Shown in pieces: positions 31,519 through 48,169 of a stretch of 64,000 nucleotides of DNA. The stretch's first letter is position 1; every line of letters starts with the position of its first letter. The translations under genes and the position numbers were made by a program. Source of the DNA: the human T2T-CHM13v2.0 reference genome, Homo sapiens; assembly GCF_009914755.1 (NCBI RefSeq), contig NC_060940.1. One strand, written 5' to 3'. Under the pieces are notes generated by a model. The model ran no database searches, was not told the origin of the DNA, and was given only the letters and a program-made list of their open reading frames with translations.

Positions 31519-33109
31519 CACGATTACCCCTTTAATATCAGAATATTGACACCATCACACACTCTGCCAAAATTTGTGAAATGTCTTCATTCACTCCTCA
31601 TTCATTCAACACAAATTCATTAAGTGTGTACTATGTGCCAGGTACAGGACTGAATAAAATAGAAAGAGGACTTGCATGTTATTCTTATTTGATTCAAATA
31701 ATTATTTAAGTATTGAAATATTGAAGATTGAAAATTGGATATTGAAAATATCTCCTTTTTACATGATTGAGCCTTCTAATCAGGAAGTAAATTAATTTGT
31801 TCAACTTCCTAACATAGTAAAATCTGGAGGTAACAAATACAGTATAAAATATGGGTGAGGAAAGCAAAATACAAGAATATACTGATCAGTGATCTCAGGA
31901 CACTGAGGTCATTGCTTACTGTGGCATTGTTTCTTTCATTTTTTGAAATACTATAATTTTGGTAACATCAAAGCCCAGAGGAGATGATTTGAATGTTACA
32001 TAAGAAAACATATCTGAGAGTAACCTTCAAATGAAGTAAGTATGCAGATCCAGGAAATTTATAGGAAAAATATATGAGAAACAATTAACAAATTATAAGC
32101 AATATGAGGTAGCATTTTCAAAAACGTGGCCAATTATGGTTGATGTGGGCTTTTGAAATCAGTGATAAAGAAATATAATCACACAGAATTACCCTCCCAG
32201 GCTCTTATTTGGACTTTTATATTCAATGTACTAAAAAGGCAAAACAAACCTGACTCTATTTGAAGAGATAGTTGGTTTGATCCTGCAGGGAGAAAAGATT
32301 ATGGTGCTAAAATAGCCTGCAATATGGAGGATTTACCTAGGATTTAGCGGCATTAGTTCAGAAAGCTAGGGTTAAACAACAGAATGAGTTACTTAGGGAA
32401 GGTTAACCTATTTCCCATTTCTCAAGGGCATTTTGCCTAGAGTAAGGGTAAAATTGGACTGAGGTTTGTTTGCAAGATGGCATATGAAGGGACCAGGGCT
32501 TGATACGCCAGCTGTTTTTCTCCAACCTCCTTGTGAGATCAATATATCTTTGATTTAAAAACCAGTACCATCTCTTCTCAAAGCTGAATTATCCACATTA
32601 TTGATTTCCCATGAATTCTCAGGTTGGTTTCCTGAGATTTGTTTTCTGTGAGTGGCCTTAATGTTTTTCCCTCGATACTGGGGTTAGCAGTGACTTCCAT
32701 GTCACTACATGCAATGGGTCGTCTTTAGTCTCTGCCTCCCACCCCCATCTTCAGGCAGCGTTTGGCCCCTTTACTTATCCTTAAAGAGGATTTCCTCATC
32801 CTGAAAGCAATCTCTGCTGCCATCATTAATGGCCTCAAACCAGTTTGACAATGTACCTCTTTATTACAGCTTCTCAACCATCACCTGACTGGAGCCACAA
32901 ATAACGTACTGCCTCCTCTCTGCTTCTCCCAGTTGTTTCTCTTGCTATAAAGTATACATTTATAATATAAATTAGATCTTATCGTTTCCCACTTAATACC
33001 TTTGATGCCTCTTCACTGCATTTAGAATGAGATTTACGCCTCAGCACCTGTGCTGTGAGTCCTGGATCACCTTACCTCTCTCTGAATTTTCAATCTCAAC
33101 TCACTAGTT

Positions 33110-34200
<1,091 letters not shown>

Positions 34201-36425
34201 GCTTGAAACACATCTCTTTTTCACTTCCTTGATGACAGCTGCCTTTTTCCTGGGTCAGGGTCTTTCTATGCACTGCTCCCCATGGCAGGCCACTCTTTAT
34301 TTTTTTAATTTATGTGAGGTAAAGGTCACACATTTAAAGTGTAAAGTTTAAGTTTTGGTTTATGCATACACACACACGTGAAACCATTTCCATAACTGAG
34401 ATAATAAACATTTTTATCGGTCCCCACCCCAGTTTCATTTTACCCCCTCATATTCCTCACTTACCCCCGCGGTGTCTAGGTAACAACTGAAATGTTTTCT
34501 GTCATTATAGATTATCTTGAATTTTCTAAACTTTTATGTAAATGGAAATCATGCAGTATATATTCTGTTTAAAATTTGTGTTTAGATACATATAACGTAA
34601 AATTCACCATTTTAACGTTTCAAAGTGTATGGCTCAGTGGCATTGAGTATATTCACAATGTTTTGCCACCATCACCATCATCTAGTTCCCAAAGATTTTG
34701 ATCACCACAAAAGGAAACCCTGTACCTACCAAGCAGTCACCTCCCATTCTTCTTCACCCAGCCCCTAACAGCCAGTAATCTACTTTCTGTTTCTATGGAT
34801 TTGCCTAGTCCAGATAGTCGATATAAATGGAATCTTGTAGTATATGAACTTTTTTTGTCTGGCTTTTTTTCACTTAGCATAATTATTGTGAGGTTCGCCA
34901 TGTGTTGCATTTATCAATAGTTTGTTTCTTTTTCTTGATAAATAGTTTCCATTATATGGATTTACCATAATTTGTTTATCCATTTACCTGCTGACGGAAA
35001 TTTTGGTTGTTTCTAGTTTTTGGTTATGACAAATGAAATTGCTCTGAACAACTATGCGCAAACTGTTGAGTAAACATGCACTTTCATTTTTCTAGGGTAA
35101 ACACCTAGGAGTAGAAAGGCTGTGTAGTCTGGTAACGTAGTTTAGCTTTTAAAAAAACCGGCAAACTGTTTTCCAAAGTGGTTGTACCATTTCACATTCT
35201 AACCAGCAGTGTATGAGAACTCAGTTGCTTCACATCCTTACCAAATGCTGATAGGATAAAGCTTTTTCTAAAAAAAAAAAATAGCCATTTTACTGAGTAT
35301 ATCATCATTGTACCACATCATTTGAATTTGCATTTCCTCAATGAATAATAATGTTGAACATATCTCTGTGAGTTATTTTCCATCTGTATATTTTCTTTAG
35401 TCAAATGTCTGTTCAAATATTTTGCCTATTTAAAAAATCAGGTTGCTTGTTTTCTTATTGTTGAGTTTTGAGAAATGTGTATGTAGTCTAGATGTGGGAT
35501 TTACAAATATTTTCGTCCAGTCTGTAGCTTTTCTTTTATTTGTCAACAGAGTCTTTCACAGAGAATATGTTTTTAATTTTGATGAAGCCTAAATTGTCTT
35601 TATACTATTGAGATGTAAAAGTTATTTATATATTCTAGTTACAAGTCCTTTGTCAGATATATGCTTTGCAAATCTTCCCCCTCAGTCTGTTTTTGACAGT
35701 TTCATTTCCATGGCTTTTGCAAAGCAAAAGTTTGAAGTCCAATTTTGTAATTTTTAATTTTATAGTTTCTACATTTTGTATAATATTTTAAAGTCTGCCC
35801 AGTCCTAGGCCATTAAGATTTTCTCCTGTGTTTTCTTCTAAATTTTAATGGTTTTAAAATCCCATTAAGTAGATAATCCATTTTGAGTTAATTTATGTAT
35901 GTCTTTTGAATTAAGATTATTATTTTTAGTCTAGCCATCCAGTTATTTCAGCATAATTTGTTGAAAAGATTATCATTCCAAACTGAATTGGCCACATATG
36001 TATGGATTTGTTTTGGCTTCTGTTTTGGGTTCCATTGATTTATGTGTTTATCTTTTCATGAATACCGCACTGTCTTGACTAATATATCTTTGTAATAATG
36101 CTTGAAATCAAATAGTGTTAATTCCCTGACTTTGTTCTTCCTTTTCAAAATTGTTTTGATAATCTATTTCTTTACATTTCTATATAATCTTAACAATTCG
36201 CTTGTCAATTCTACACAAAAATTTCTTTAGGGATTTCGTTTGGGATTTGATTATATCATCTATTGATAAATTTGGGAAAAATTTACATCATAAAAATATT
36301 ACCTCTTCTCATGACCATGGGATATTTCTCTATTTATTTTAGGTTGTACTTCATTGTTTTAGCCATGTTTTATAGTTTCCTGTGTACAGATCTTATACAT
36401 ATTATACCAATTTTATTCCTAAGTA

Positions 36426-36873
36426 CAGTAGACCCTTGAACAACATAGGTTTGAACCATGTGGGTCCATGTATACACAGATTTTCTTCCACCTCTGCTGC
36501 CCCTGAGACAGCAAGACCAACTCCTCCTCTTTCTCCTCCTCCTCAGCCTACTCAATGTGAGGTCTCTAAGGGTAAAAAACCTTTGTGATGATCCACTTCC
36601 ACTTAGTGAATAGTAAATATACTCTCTTTCCTTATGATTTTCTTAACACATTTTCTTTTCTCTAGCTTGCTTTATTGTAAGAATACAGTATATATAACAC
36701 ACAAAATACACAAAACGTGTTAATTGACTGCGATGTTATTGGTAAGGCTTCTGGTCAACAGTAGGCTATTAGTAGCTAAGTTTTGGGGGAGTCAAAAGTT
36801 ATATGTAGACCTTTGACTGTGCAGGGAGAGGGGGTTCGTGCCCCTAATTTCTGCATTGTTCAAGGGCCAGTTG
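36426..36873 (+). mobile_element. Tigger2a-like (MER28) DNA transposon
   Basis: TIRs cagtagacccttgaacaa / ttgttcaagggccagttg; TA duplications. Confidence 0.88.
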
Positions 36874-37081
36874 TATTGATATTATTGTAAGTAGTGCTTT
36901 TGAGAAGTTCAATTTCTGGTTATCCATTGCTAGTATTGAAATTTTGCTGAAATACTTGTTAGTTCTGAAAACTTTTTTGCATATTTTTCAGGATTTTAAA
37001 ATAAGTGCTCATTAACAGATTGAGGAAGTTTTCTTATGCCTAGTTTTCTGAGAGTTTTATTTTCTTGCATGTTCTGTGGGA

Positions 37082-37745
37082 TTTTTTTTAAATTTTAAGT
37101 TCTGAGGTACATGTGCATAATGTGCAGTTTGTTATACAGGTAAACATGTGCCATGGTGGTTTGTTGCACCTATCAACGCATCACCTAGGTATTAAGCCCA
37201 GCGTATATGAGCTGTTTTTCCTGTTGCTCTCCCTCCCCCTGCACCCCTCTGCCTGACAGGCCCAAGTGTGTGTTGTTCCCCTCCCTGTGTCCATGTGTTC
37301 TCATTGTTCAGCTCCCACTTATAAGTGAGAACATCCAGTGTTTTGTTTTCTGTTCCTGCAATGGTTTTCTGAGGATAATGTCCTTCTGGATCTATCCATG
37401 TCCCTGCAAAGGACATAATCTCATTCATTTTTATGGCTGCATAGTATTCCATAGTGTATATGTACCACATTTTCTTTATCTAGTCTATTATTGATGGGCA
37501 TTTGGGTTGATCCCATGCCTTTGCACTGTTGTGCATAGTGCTGCAATGAACATATGCATGTATCTTTATAATAGAATGATTATATTCCTTTGGGTATATG
37601 CCCAGTAATGGGATTGTTGGGTCAAATGGTTTTCCTTAGGTCTTTGAGGAATCACCACACTGTCTTCAAAAATAGTTGAAGTAATTTACATTCCCACAAA
37701 AAGTATAAAAGCTTTCCTGTTTCTCCACAGACTCACCAGCATCTG
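37082..37745 (-). mobile_element. L1PA (PA8-11-like) 3' end
   Basis: catgtgccatggtggtttgttgcacctatcaac; degenerate TSD ttctg..ggattttt. Confidence 0.9.
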
Positions 37746-38721
37746 TTCTGAGTGGATTTTTTTTCCCCAAAAGCTTTCTCTCTACCTATTGAAGTGATCT
37801 TGTGGGCTTTGTTAATTAGTCTGTGTATATGTTTAATTACATTAATAGATTTTTGAAGGCTAAGCCCGTTTTGTGTTGCTGGAATAAGTCACATATGCTC
37901 ATGGTGTGTTATCCTTTTTATATATTGTTGGGCTTGATTTACTAAAATTCTGTTAAGAAGTTGGGAAGTTTTGTGCCAACTTCATGAGGAGTCTTATTTT
38001 GCATGCATGTTTTTAAAAAATGTCTGTCTGGGCACCACTGATCTAATTCATATTTGTGACATCTGATTCAAGGCTATTTATTTATTTATTCATTTATTTT
38101 CTCTTATCTCATGTTTCTCTTCTGGAAAGGAGTGCCATAAGATGTTTGCAAGCCCTTTCAGATCTCAAAGTCCTCTCCATGACACAGTTTTGAGTACTTT
38201 TAAATGAACATGATTTGACCCTTCTTAGTACAATTTTATCTTATGTCTTATTTATAAAATATTCAACTTACTAATTATTTCTTGAGTAATTGCTGTATTC
38301 TAGCTAATTTTTGAGACATTGATCTTTTATTCATAAAGTTTCTATTCTGTGTAGCAGTTAATAAAAAACAAAACAGGAAGAAAAAAATCAGGACTTCAAA
38401 AAGAACATCTTTTGTTTTTGAACAGTGCAGGGAAAGCAGACCAGTGGAACAAATTATTCTGGGAAATCAATGGATCAACTTAACATTGATCCATGATCTC
38501 CCTTAAAACCTTGAATGCATTGTAATTGAGGAGACATGAAATTCACTCAAAAACCTAATCTCTCTCTTGTTTTTTTAAAATACCCTACCCACACCTAATT
38601 TGTTAGGAAGTCTGGACTGATCTACCTCCAAAAGATTTAAGTAATATGCCCCTTTACACCATAAGCAGAGTTCCCAACTAGTCCTACCACCATGAGCTTG
38701 TTTCCAGACTACAGTCTGTCC

Positions 38722-39000
38722 TTTATTTTATTTTTATTTTTTTGAGACAGGATCTCACTCTGTCACCCAGAGGCTGGAATGCAGTGGTAGGATCATGGTT
38801 CATCCTCCCACCTCAGCCTCCCAAGTAGCTGGAACTACAGGCCCACACCACCACGCTCGGCTAATTTCTTCTTGTATTTTGCAGAGACAGGTTCTCCCTT
38901 CGTTGCCCAGGCTGATCTCGAACTCCTGGGGTTTAAGTGATCTTCCTATGTCGGCATCCCAAAGTGCTGGGATTACAGGTGTGAGTCACTGCTCCCAGCC
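38722..39000 (-). mobile_element. AluJ with an internal deletion
   Basis: gagacaggatctcactctgtcacc...aactcctggggtttaagtgatc. Confidence 0.88.
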
Positions 39001-39810
39001 CCAGTCTCTCTTTCAAAAGCTCTCCTTTTTCTTATTATTGTGCCCTGTGGACATCATTCTTAATTGGCTGACCCAAATCCCCTACACAGCCCATTCTCTT
39101 AAACTCCTTGCAGTCGGTTTGGTCCATGAGGCACATATTTAAGAGAAAAGTCTTCTTTAAGAAAGGAACAGAACGGGTTTGGTCTTCCCCCTTTCCCCTT
39201 CTGTCCCTTACCCGTTTCATCTTTTGGAGAACAGGTAGTGCTTGAAGGAGCAAGAGCTACATTGCCACTAGGAAGATGAACACAGCACGCAAAGGATGGT
39301 GGGCCTGTGAGATGGAAGAACAGGGATCCTTAGTGACATCACTAAGCAGCTGCCCTAGCCCTGGTCTACTTTTATCCAGTCTTCATATTACATCAAAAAC
39401 AAAACAAATCACAAATAAATAAACTAATAAACAAAAGACACAAAGGGCACATTAGGGTACTCTATGGCTTGCTAATAGACTAAAAAATGTGTAGCCTACA
39501 AATAATTCTTTATTAAAATCATTTTTATAATAAATTTTATTTTTAAAAAGTTTTTGATCTACAGAAAAATTGAGGAGATAGAATATACACCAGCCCAGGT
39601 TTCCTTTATTACATTAGTGTGATACATTGGTAATAATTAGTAAATCAATATTAATACATTATTATTTTTAAAGTCCATACTTCATTCAGTGTGGATTCCT
39701 TAGCTTTGGATTTCAGTACAATATGGATTTCCTTAGTTTTTACCTAACATACTTTTTCTGTTTCAGGATCCCAGTCCAGATCCCACATTGCATTTAGATG
39801 TCCTGTCTCC

Positions 39811-40109
39811 TTTTTTTTTGTTTTTGTTTTTTAAGGCAAGATCTCGCTCCGTAGCCTAGGCTGGAGTGCAGTGGTGCTCACTGCAGCCTCAACCTCCTGG
39901 GCTCAAGGAATCCTCCCATTTCAGGCCCCAAAGTAGCTGGGACTACAGGCACGTGCTACTACAGTTGGCTAATTAAAAAAAAAATGTTTTATAGAGACAA
40001 GGTTTTGCTTTGTTGTCTAGGCTGGTCTCCAACTCCTGGGCTCAAGCGATCCTCCTGCCTCGGCCTCCTAATGTGTTGAGATTACAGGCGTGAGCCATTG
40101 TGCCTGACC
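39811..40109 (-). mobile_element. AluJ
   Basis: ctcctgggctcaag; TSD tgtctcctt. Confidence 0.9.
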
Positions 40110-40455
40110 AATTGTGTCTCCTTAGGCTCCAGCTGGCTGTGGCAGTTTCTGAGACTTTGCTTATTTTTGATAACTTTGAAATTTTGAACAGTACTGGTCA
40201 GGTATTTTGTAGAACAGTACTGGTCAGGTATTTTCCTTTACTGGGATTTGTCTGATGTCTTTATAATAATTAAACTGAGGTTATGAGTTTTGGGGGCAGT
40301 AGATCCCAGAGGTAAAGTGTCATTTTCATCACATCATACCAAGGGTATACACTATCATGACTTGTCACAGCTGATATTGACCTAGATCACCTGAGATAGT
40401 GTAGTGTTCATCAGGTTTTTAAAACTCTTTTTTCCCCTTTTCATACTAAAGTCTT

Positions 40456-40749
<294 letters not shown>

Positions 40750-41226
40750 TAAACTCTTGATTTTACATGTTTTGTTAGATTTATGCCTAAAGTATTTTAC
40801 TTTTTAAGCAATCGTATATGGTATTATATTTTAAACTTCAGTTTCCATGTATTCATTGTTAGCATATAGAAATGCAATCAATTTTTGCATGTTGATCTTG
40901 TATCCTATAACCTTGATAAACTCAAGCAATGGGGAAAGGGCTCCATATTCAGTAAACGGTGCTGCAATAACCAGTTAGCCACATGCAGAAGATTGAAACT
41001 AAACTCTTCTCAAGGAAGTTATTACAATCTACACTTAAGAAGTGGGGATATAGGCTCCACCTCCTTGAGGACAGTGTATCTACATAAATTATTTGGAATT
41101 CTTCAGCACAGGAAGTTTATCTCTTGTTTCCCATTTATTTATGTATTTAATCACTTAATTATATGAGTGTGGATATGGAGAAATTTATTTTCTATTTTGG
41201 GGTATAGTCCAACAGTAACTTAGTTA

Positions 41227-42078
<852 letters not shown>

Positions 42079-42269
42079 CATTTTTACAAAATTAGTTCCT
42101 CAGGTACATAAAGAAACACATAATCTTGTATTCGTAAGGAAAGATAAAGATCAGCTAGTCCAACTTGCAACTCAGTGCAGGAATTCTTTATGTGGTTTTG
42201 GACAGGTACCATGCAGCCTTGGCCTGCAGTCTTGACCCTGGCTATCCTCACACCCTTATGTGTGGCTGC

Positions 42270-42557
42270 CCTTCAGATTCCACTCAAAGGTCTCTCATCA
42301 GAGAAGCTCTCCCAGGCTCTTAGATTGAGTTCATCCGTTTATGATTTCATACCCCTGTGCACCTGTTCTTCAGGGCACACATTCCATGCCGTTTATATGT
42401 GTACATTTCTTTTTTTAATTATCTGATTAGAATTGTTTCTCCACTAGGGCAAAGAAACTGGGTCTTCTTTTACACACTTTGTATCTTCAGAAACTGAGTG
42501 TGAGCACATAATAACCCATTAATTACTGAATAAGAATAAAAGAATGAATGAATGAAC
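42270..42557 (+). mobile_element. L2 3' end
   Basis: Ends in aataaaagaatgaatgaatgaa. Confidence 0.6.
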
Positions 42558-43194
42558 AGGGAGATCATTACCTCAGGGGACGCTATTTTTCATTTTTGAA
42601 TCATCTACTTATCACCAGGCATAGGTAAGATCTAAAGCCCTGGCTCAAAATGTTATTTTCTGTTTACATATGGATGAGTAAAATCTAAAAGCCTCAATTA
42701 TTTCAAGGCCCCTGTAAGTCAAACCAATATACCCTGAGGGAAAGAATGATGCTGTACAGAGATCATATTCCAATTTAGAATAAGATATTCACCTAGGAGT
42801 AACTTAATTATTTGATTATATGGAGATTAGCTGGCTTATAATGCTTCACTTGCTTCTTTTCTTGCTGAATATTATTTGTATTTCTGGTATCTCACTAAAA
42901 AAAACCAGTATTTTAACTGGATTGGGGGATTTCGAAGAACAGATCCAAATTGGTAAAGTATGTATTAGGCTATAGACAACATCTTTACGTTATCCACCAA
43001 GAGGGAAAAATAATTAGACAATGCATTTATTATGTTTCTTTCTTAACACATTAATTCTTTACACAACAATTCTCATAGTTATTGGGCACCGTCTGCCTTG
43101 TGCCAGGTTCTGGGCTCTGTGCTTGACTTTTACTAACTCAAGATATTTCCATATGAAAATCATTTATGATATTGACTTCATATATTAATAAATG

Positions 43195-43558
<364 letters not shown>

Positions 43559-44170
43559 TTATAACTTCTTCCAGTAAGAATAAAATATTCTTTTATTTTT
43601 ATCGTAATTGTTTACACAGCCAACATTCCACGTGAAAGAAACATTATGTAAATGGGAGCCCAACGAATAGATAACATTGTTTTGTGTAAGTGACTATGCA
43701 GTGAAAATGTGACTTATCCTAGGTTATGAATCCTAGTCACTTATTAATGTTACAAACTCCCATTATTATTAAAGAAGTGTTGAAAGAGAGGAAGGAATAG
43801 AAGTTAAAAATTGCTTCTATTGCATCTTTGCATTTGGGCACCTCTAAGAGTTCAGATTTTTAAAAACCATTTTGCCGCTCATCTTGCTGACATTTTCCTG
43901 CCAGTGGATGAAACACATGATGCATTCTTTCTGTCTCTGCATATATTTTTGTGAACAATTTGTCTGACAAGGAGACTTTACTTAACGCAAAAAATGGAAA
44001 AGTTAAAGAAACACATTTTGCCTTATCAGAGAGGTGACTCTTCTTAATACCACCTTCCTTTCAGTTGGATATTTAATTTTACCATGTATTTTTGAAGTTT
44101 GCCATGTTAAGACCTGTCACTCTCTGAAGTCCTCACACATAAAACTTAATCTCTGCTACTTTTATAATTA

Positions 44171-44545
44171 TAGATGCTCCTCAGTATACTATGGGGTTAC
44201 TTCCTAACAAACCCATTGTATATTGAAAATATTGTAGGTCAAAAGTGCATTTAATACATCTAACCTACTAAACATCCTATCTTAGCCTAGCCTACTTTAA
44301 ACTTAATTTAAGTGCTTAGAAGGCTTACGTTAGCCTGCAGTGGGGCAAAATCTTCCAATACCAAGTGTATTTTATAATAAAGGGTTGAATATCTCATGTA
44401 ATTTATTGACTACTATACTGAAAATGAAAAACAGATTGGTTGTAAGGGTACTTGAGTATGGTTTCTACTGAACGCATATTGCTTTTGCACCATTGTAAAG
44501 TCAAAAAGTCATGAGCTGAGCTATCATTAAGTCAGGGATCATCTG
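44171..44545. mobile_element. MER47A-like Tigger derivative
   Basis: agatgctcctc...ggggttac...ttagcctagcctac...taagtcagggatcatctg; TA flanks. Confidence 0.8.
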
Positions 44546-45169
44546 TATTTTATTCTATTGAGTTTACCACAAGTGAAATTCTTTCTACATATTTAGTAAG
44601 AGTAATGCCCATCTTCCTTTTTCTTAAAAATGGTTGTTTTATAGATTTATTCTAGGAGTTTTAAAACACAATAATTGATGTTCAAGGAAGTGAGGAAGAA
44701 AGGAAAAGAATAAATTATCAAAACAATAACATGAAGTCCTCGCTGAGAGCAGAAGGACCTAGTTGTTCCGATTATATATGTGCAGCATGTTCTCAATAAA
44801 ATGAATAGAAAAGACTCTCACGTAAGCATTTCATTGATTAAATAGGAGTGCCCACAAAAGTTTCAAAGCAGGAAAAAATGATCATGAAAAAGAAGAAAAG
44901 GAATTAGAATAATTTCAGAAATCTCAACCACAAAACAAGGTCCTAGGAAATAACTGAATAGTGCCATTATGAAGGAGTGGGTTTCAACCTTGAAGTCTCT
45001 AAAAAACAAAGTTTCTTACAGAAAGAAGTTAATATCAAGACATAGAATTACTTAGAAAATGGATGTATCAGACTTATTCACAGTCTCAAGTGTGAACCTG
45101 TGAACCTAAAAAAATAGGCTGTGATCTAACAAAAATAAAGGAATAAATACGTGGTACACTTGTTATGTG

Positions 45170-45530
45170 AAATATCTTATCTTTTATTTTATATTTGTTA
45201 TATAAATGTTTATATTAATATTTAATTATATACTTATTATATAAATATAGCTATATATCTATTATCTATAGTTCTGTATCTAGTATATAAATATAATAAT
45301 ATATTTATTCTATAAATTTAAGCATAAATGTATATTTATTATATAAATATAAGTGTATATTTTATATTTTACAATATTTAATATATACCTTATATATCTT
45401 ATATAATTTATATTTTATTATTTAGTCTGATATGCTGATTCTTTAATACATATTCTTATATATAATATTTGTAATTTTTTAATCTTTCATTCTTTCTTAT
45501 TAATTCTTTAATACATATTTTAAAAATTAC
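45170..45530. repeat. AT-rich low-complexity tract
   Basis: Composition. Confidence 0.85.
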
Positions 45531-46552
45531 TAAAGTTAAGAATGACAATATATTTTGACTTCCTGGGAGTATACTGCAGAAATACTGGTAAATGGAGAAA
45601 TAATTTCATGATAATGTTGACATGAAACAGAGTGAAGAGATATCCCAACTGTTTCCCTTTCCTATCACGACCACCAGACACATGTCATTCATTAAGGAGC
45701 CTACAGCTCATCACTCTGACAGCAGAGGAACTCTTGTAGGAATTTTTCACACAAAATGCCTTTAAAAAACGTGAAAATGGGACCAATTCCATCAAAACCA
45801 GTGTAAGAAGACAGCAATTGAGTATCAACACGTTTCAGTTGATGAAAATTTCTAACAAAACAATCCCTGAAACAGAATAAAGCCATACCATAACACTCCA
45901 AACTAACGTTAGAAAAATTTTAAAAAGAAAACACCTAAAATCAGATATTCAAAACCTAAGATAAAAAAAATAGACAAAAAGGAAGGGTTTTCACCAGAGT
46001 TGCCTGAACTTAGGAAAGAAATTAAACCTGACGATGTGAGAAATGGCTAATAAATTACAACGGTCTTAAAAGAGAAAAAAATTGAATAAAAATTAGTAAG
46101 AGGCATTAAAGAAAGTCAGAAAAACAAGAAAATTAAAATTAGAAAATGGAAGAAGTAAACTGGGTCAGAGAAAAAAGTGGTTGAAATGAAAAACGTTTCT
46201 TATATATTTTCTCTATTATCTATTATTCAATCATTGATCTATCATTTATCTGTACATTACACACATTATATTTTTTGAATCTTTTCAGAATCGGTTACAT
46301 GCATGAGGAAGCAAGGCTACTTACCCCTTAATACTTCTGTATATATTTCTTATGAAGGAGGATATTTATTTGCACAATCACATCTCAGTAATCAACTTAA
46401 GAGAATTAACATCAAGCATCCCTGTTACCTAGTCATATATCTAGGTCATATTCCAATTGCACCTATGGCTCCAATAATATCCTTTTTAGCTATATTTTCT
46501 AGTACAGGATCCAGTTCAGAATCACATACTGCTTTTATTTGTTACGTCTCTT

Positions 46553-46988
<436 letters not shown>

Positions 46989-47800
46989 TAAAAAAATACA
47001 GGCCAGATATTTTGTAGAATATTCCTCAATTTGCATTTCTTTGATGTTTCCTCATGAATAGATTGAGATTATGCTTTTGGGCTTGAATACTACATAAGTG
47101 CTATGTTCTTCTCAAGCAGTTACACTGGGAAGCTCATAATGGCTTTTTTTGTCGATGCTTTGCCTCTTTTTGTGACGCTAATTTTGGTTACTTGGTTATC
47201 TCTTTTTTCCATTATAGGCCTATTTTATTTTGTAACTAAAAGGTGTAGGGAGATACTTTAAGACGGTGTAAACATCCTTTTTATTAAAAAATTTAATTTA
47301 AATTTAGCAACAATTCATGATTCTTGCCTGAATCAGTTTTTACTATGATGGTTGTAAATGGTGGTATTCTAACTCCATCAATTTTTCTCTACTGGTTGTT
47401 GGAATTGTCTTGTGTGGAAGAGCTTTTTCCTTCTCTCACAATTAGTTTGTATCTCTTTGCTCTCAGAATGGATTTATGGATTCCTATTTCAGTCTACGGG
47501 TTATAATCTTATTTATCTGATGCTCAAGTTACCAAGATCTGGTCAGTGGAAGCTACCTCAGGCTTCCTTCTGTATTCTTCTATCATGTCTCCATCAATTT
47601 TTGAAGCCTGCCTTGTTTTCTGGCAATGCACTTATTCCAGGCTCATGTGGTGGCTACCCCATCATTTTCCTTCGGAGCTCAGTTTCCTTCCAAAGACGAA
47701 TGACTTTTTAAAACCAAGATCTAGGACCTAGTTCTACTGGTATGTCATTGAGTTTGGGCCCTTTTAGTAAAAAACTGCTGAAAGCACAGATTTTTCTTTT

Positions 47801-48073
47801 TTTGTGTGTGTTTAGAGGCGGAGTCTCGCTCTGTCGCCCAGGCTGGAGGGTAGCGGCACGATCTCCACTCACTGCAACCTCCACCTCCTGGATTCTAGCA
47901 GTTCTCCTGCCTCAGCCTCCTGAGTAGCTGAGATTATAGGTGCCTGCTGCCCTGCCCGGTAGCTTTTTTTTTTTTTTTTTCTTTGTATTTTAGTAGAGAG
48001 GGGGTTTCACCATGTTGCCCAGGCTGGTCTCGAACTCCTGAGCTCAGGCAATCCACCCGCCTCGGCCTCCCAA
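47801..48073 (-). mobile_element. AluS, 5'-truncated by ~35 nt
   Basis: Ends at ggcctcccaa; TSD agatttttctttt. Confidence 0.92.
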
Positions 48074-48169
48074 AGATTTTTCTTTTATAGCAAGAACCAT
48101 GACCCATGATATAAATCTATTACTCATTTGTTCAATCCTACAATATGCACAAAATAATTCTAGTTTGAT

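Larger units (their letters stand above)
34295..37985 (-). mobile_element. Old L1M (MB/MC-like) 3' UTR and ORF2 with nested insertions
   Basis: caaactgttttccaaagtggttgtaccatttcacattctaaccagcagtgtatgaga etc.; boundaries approximate. Confidence 0.8.
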
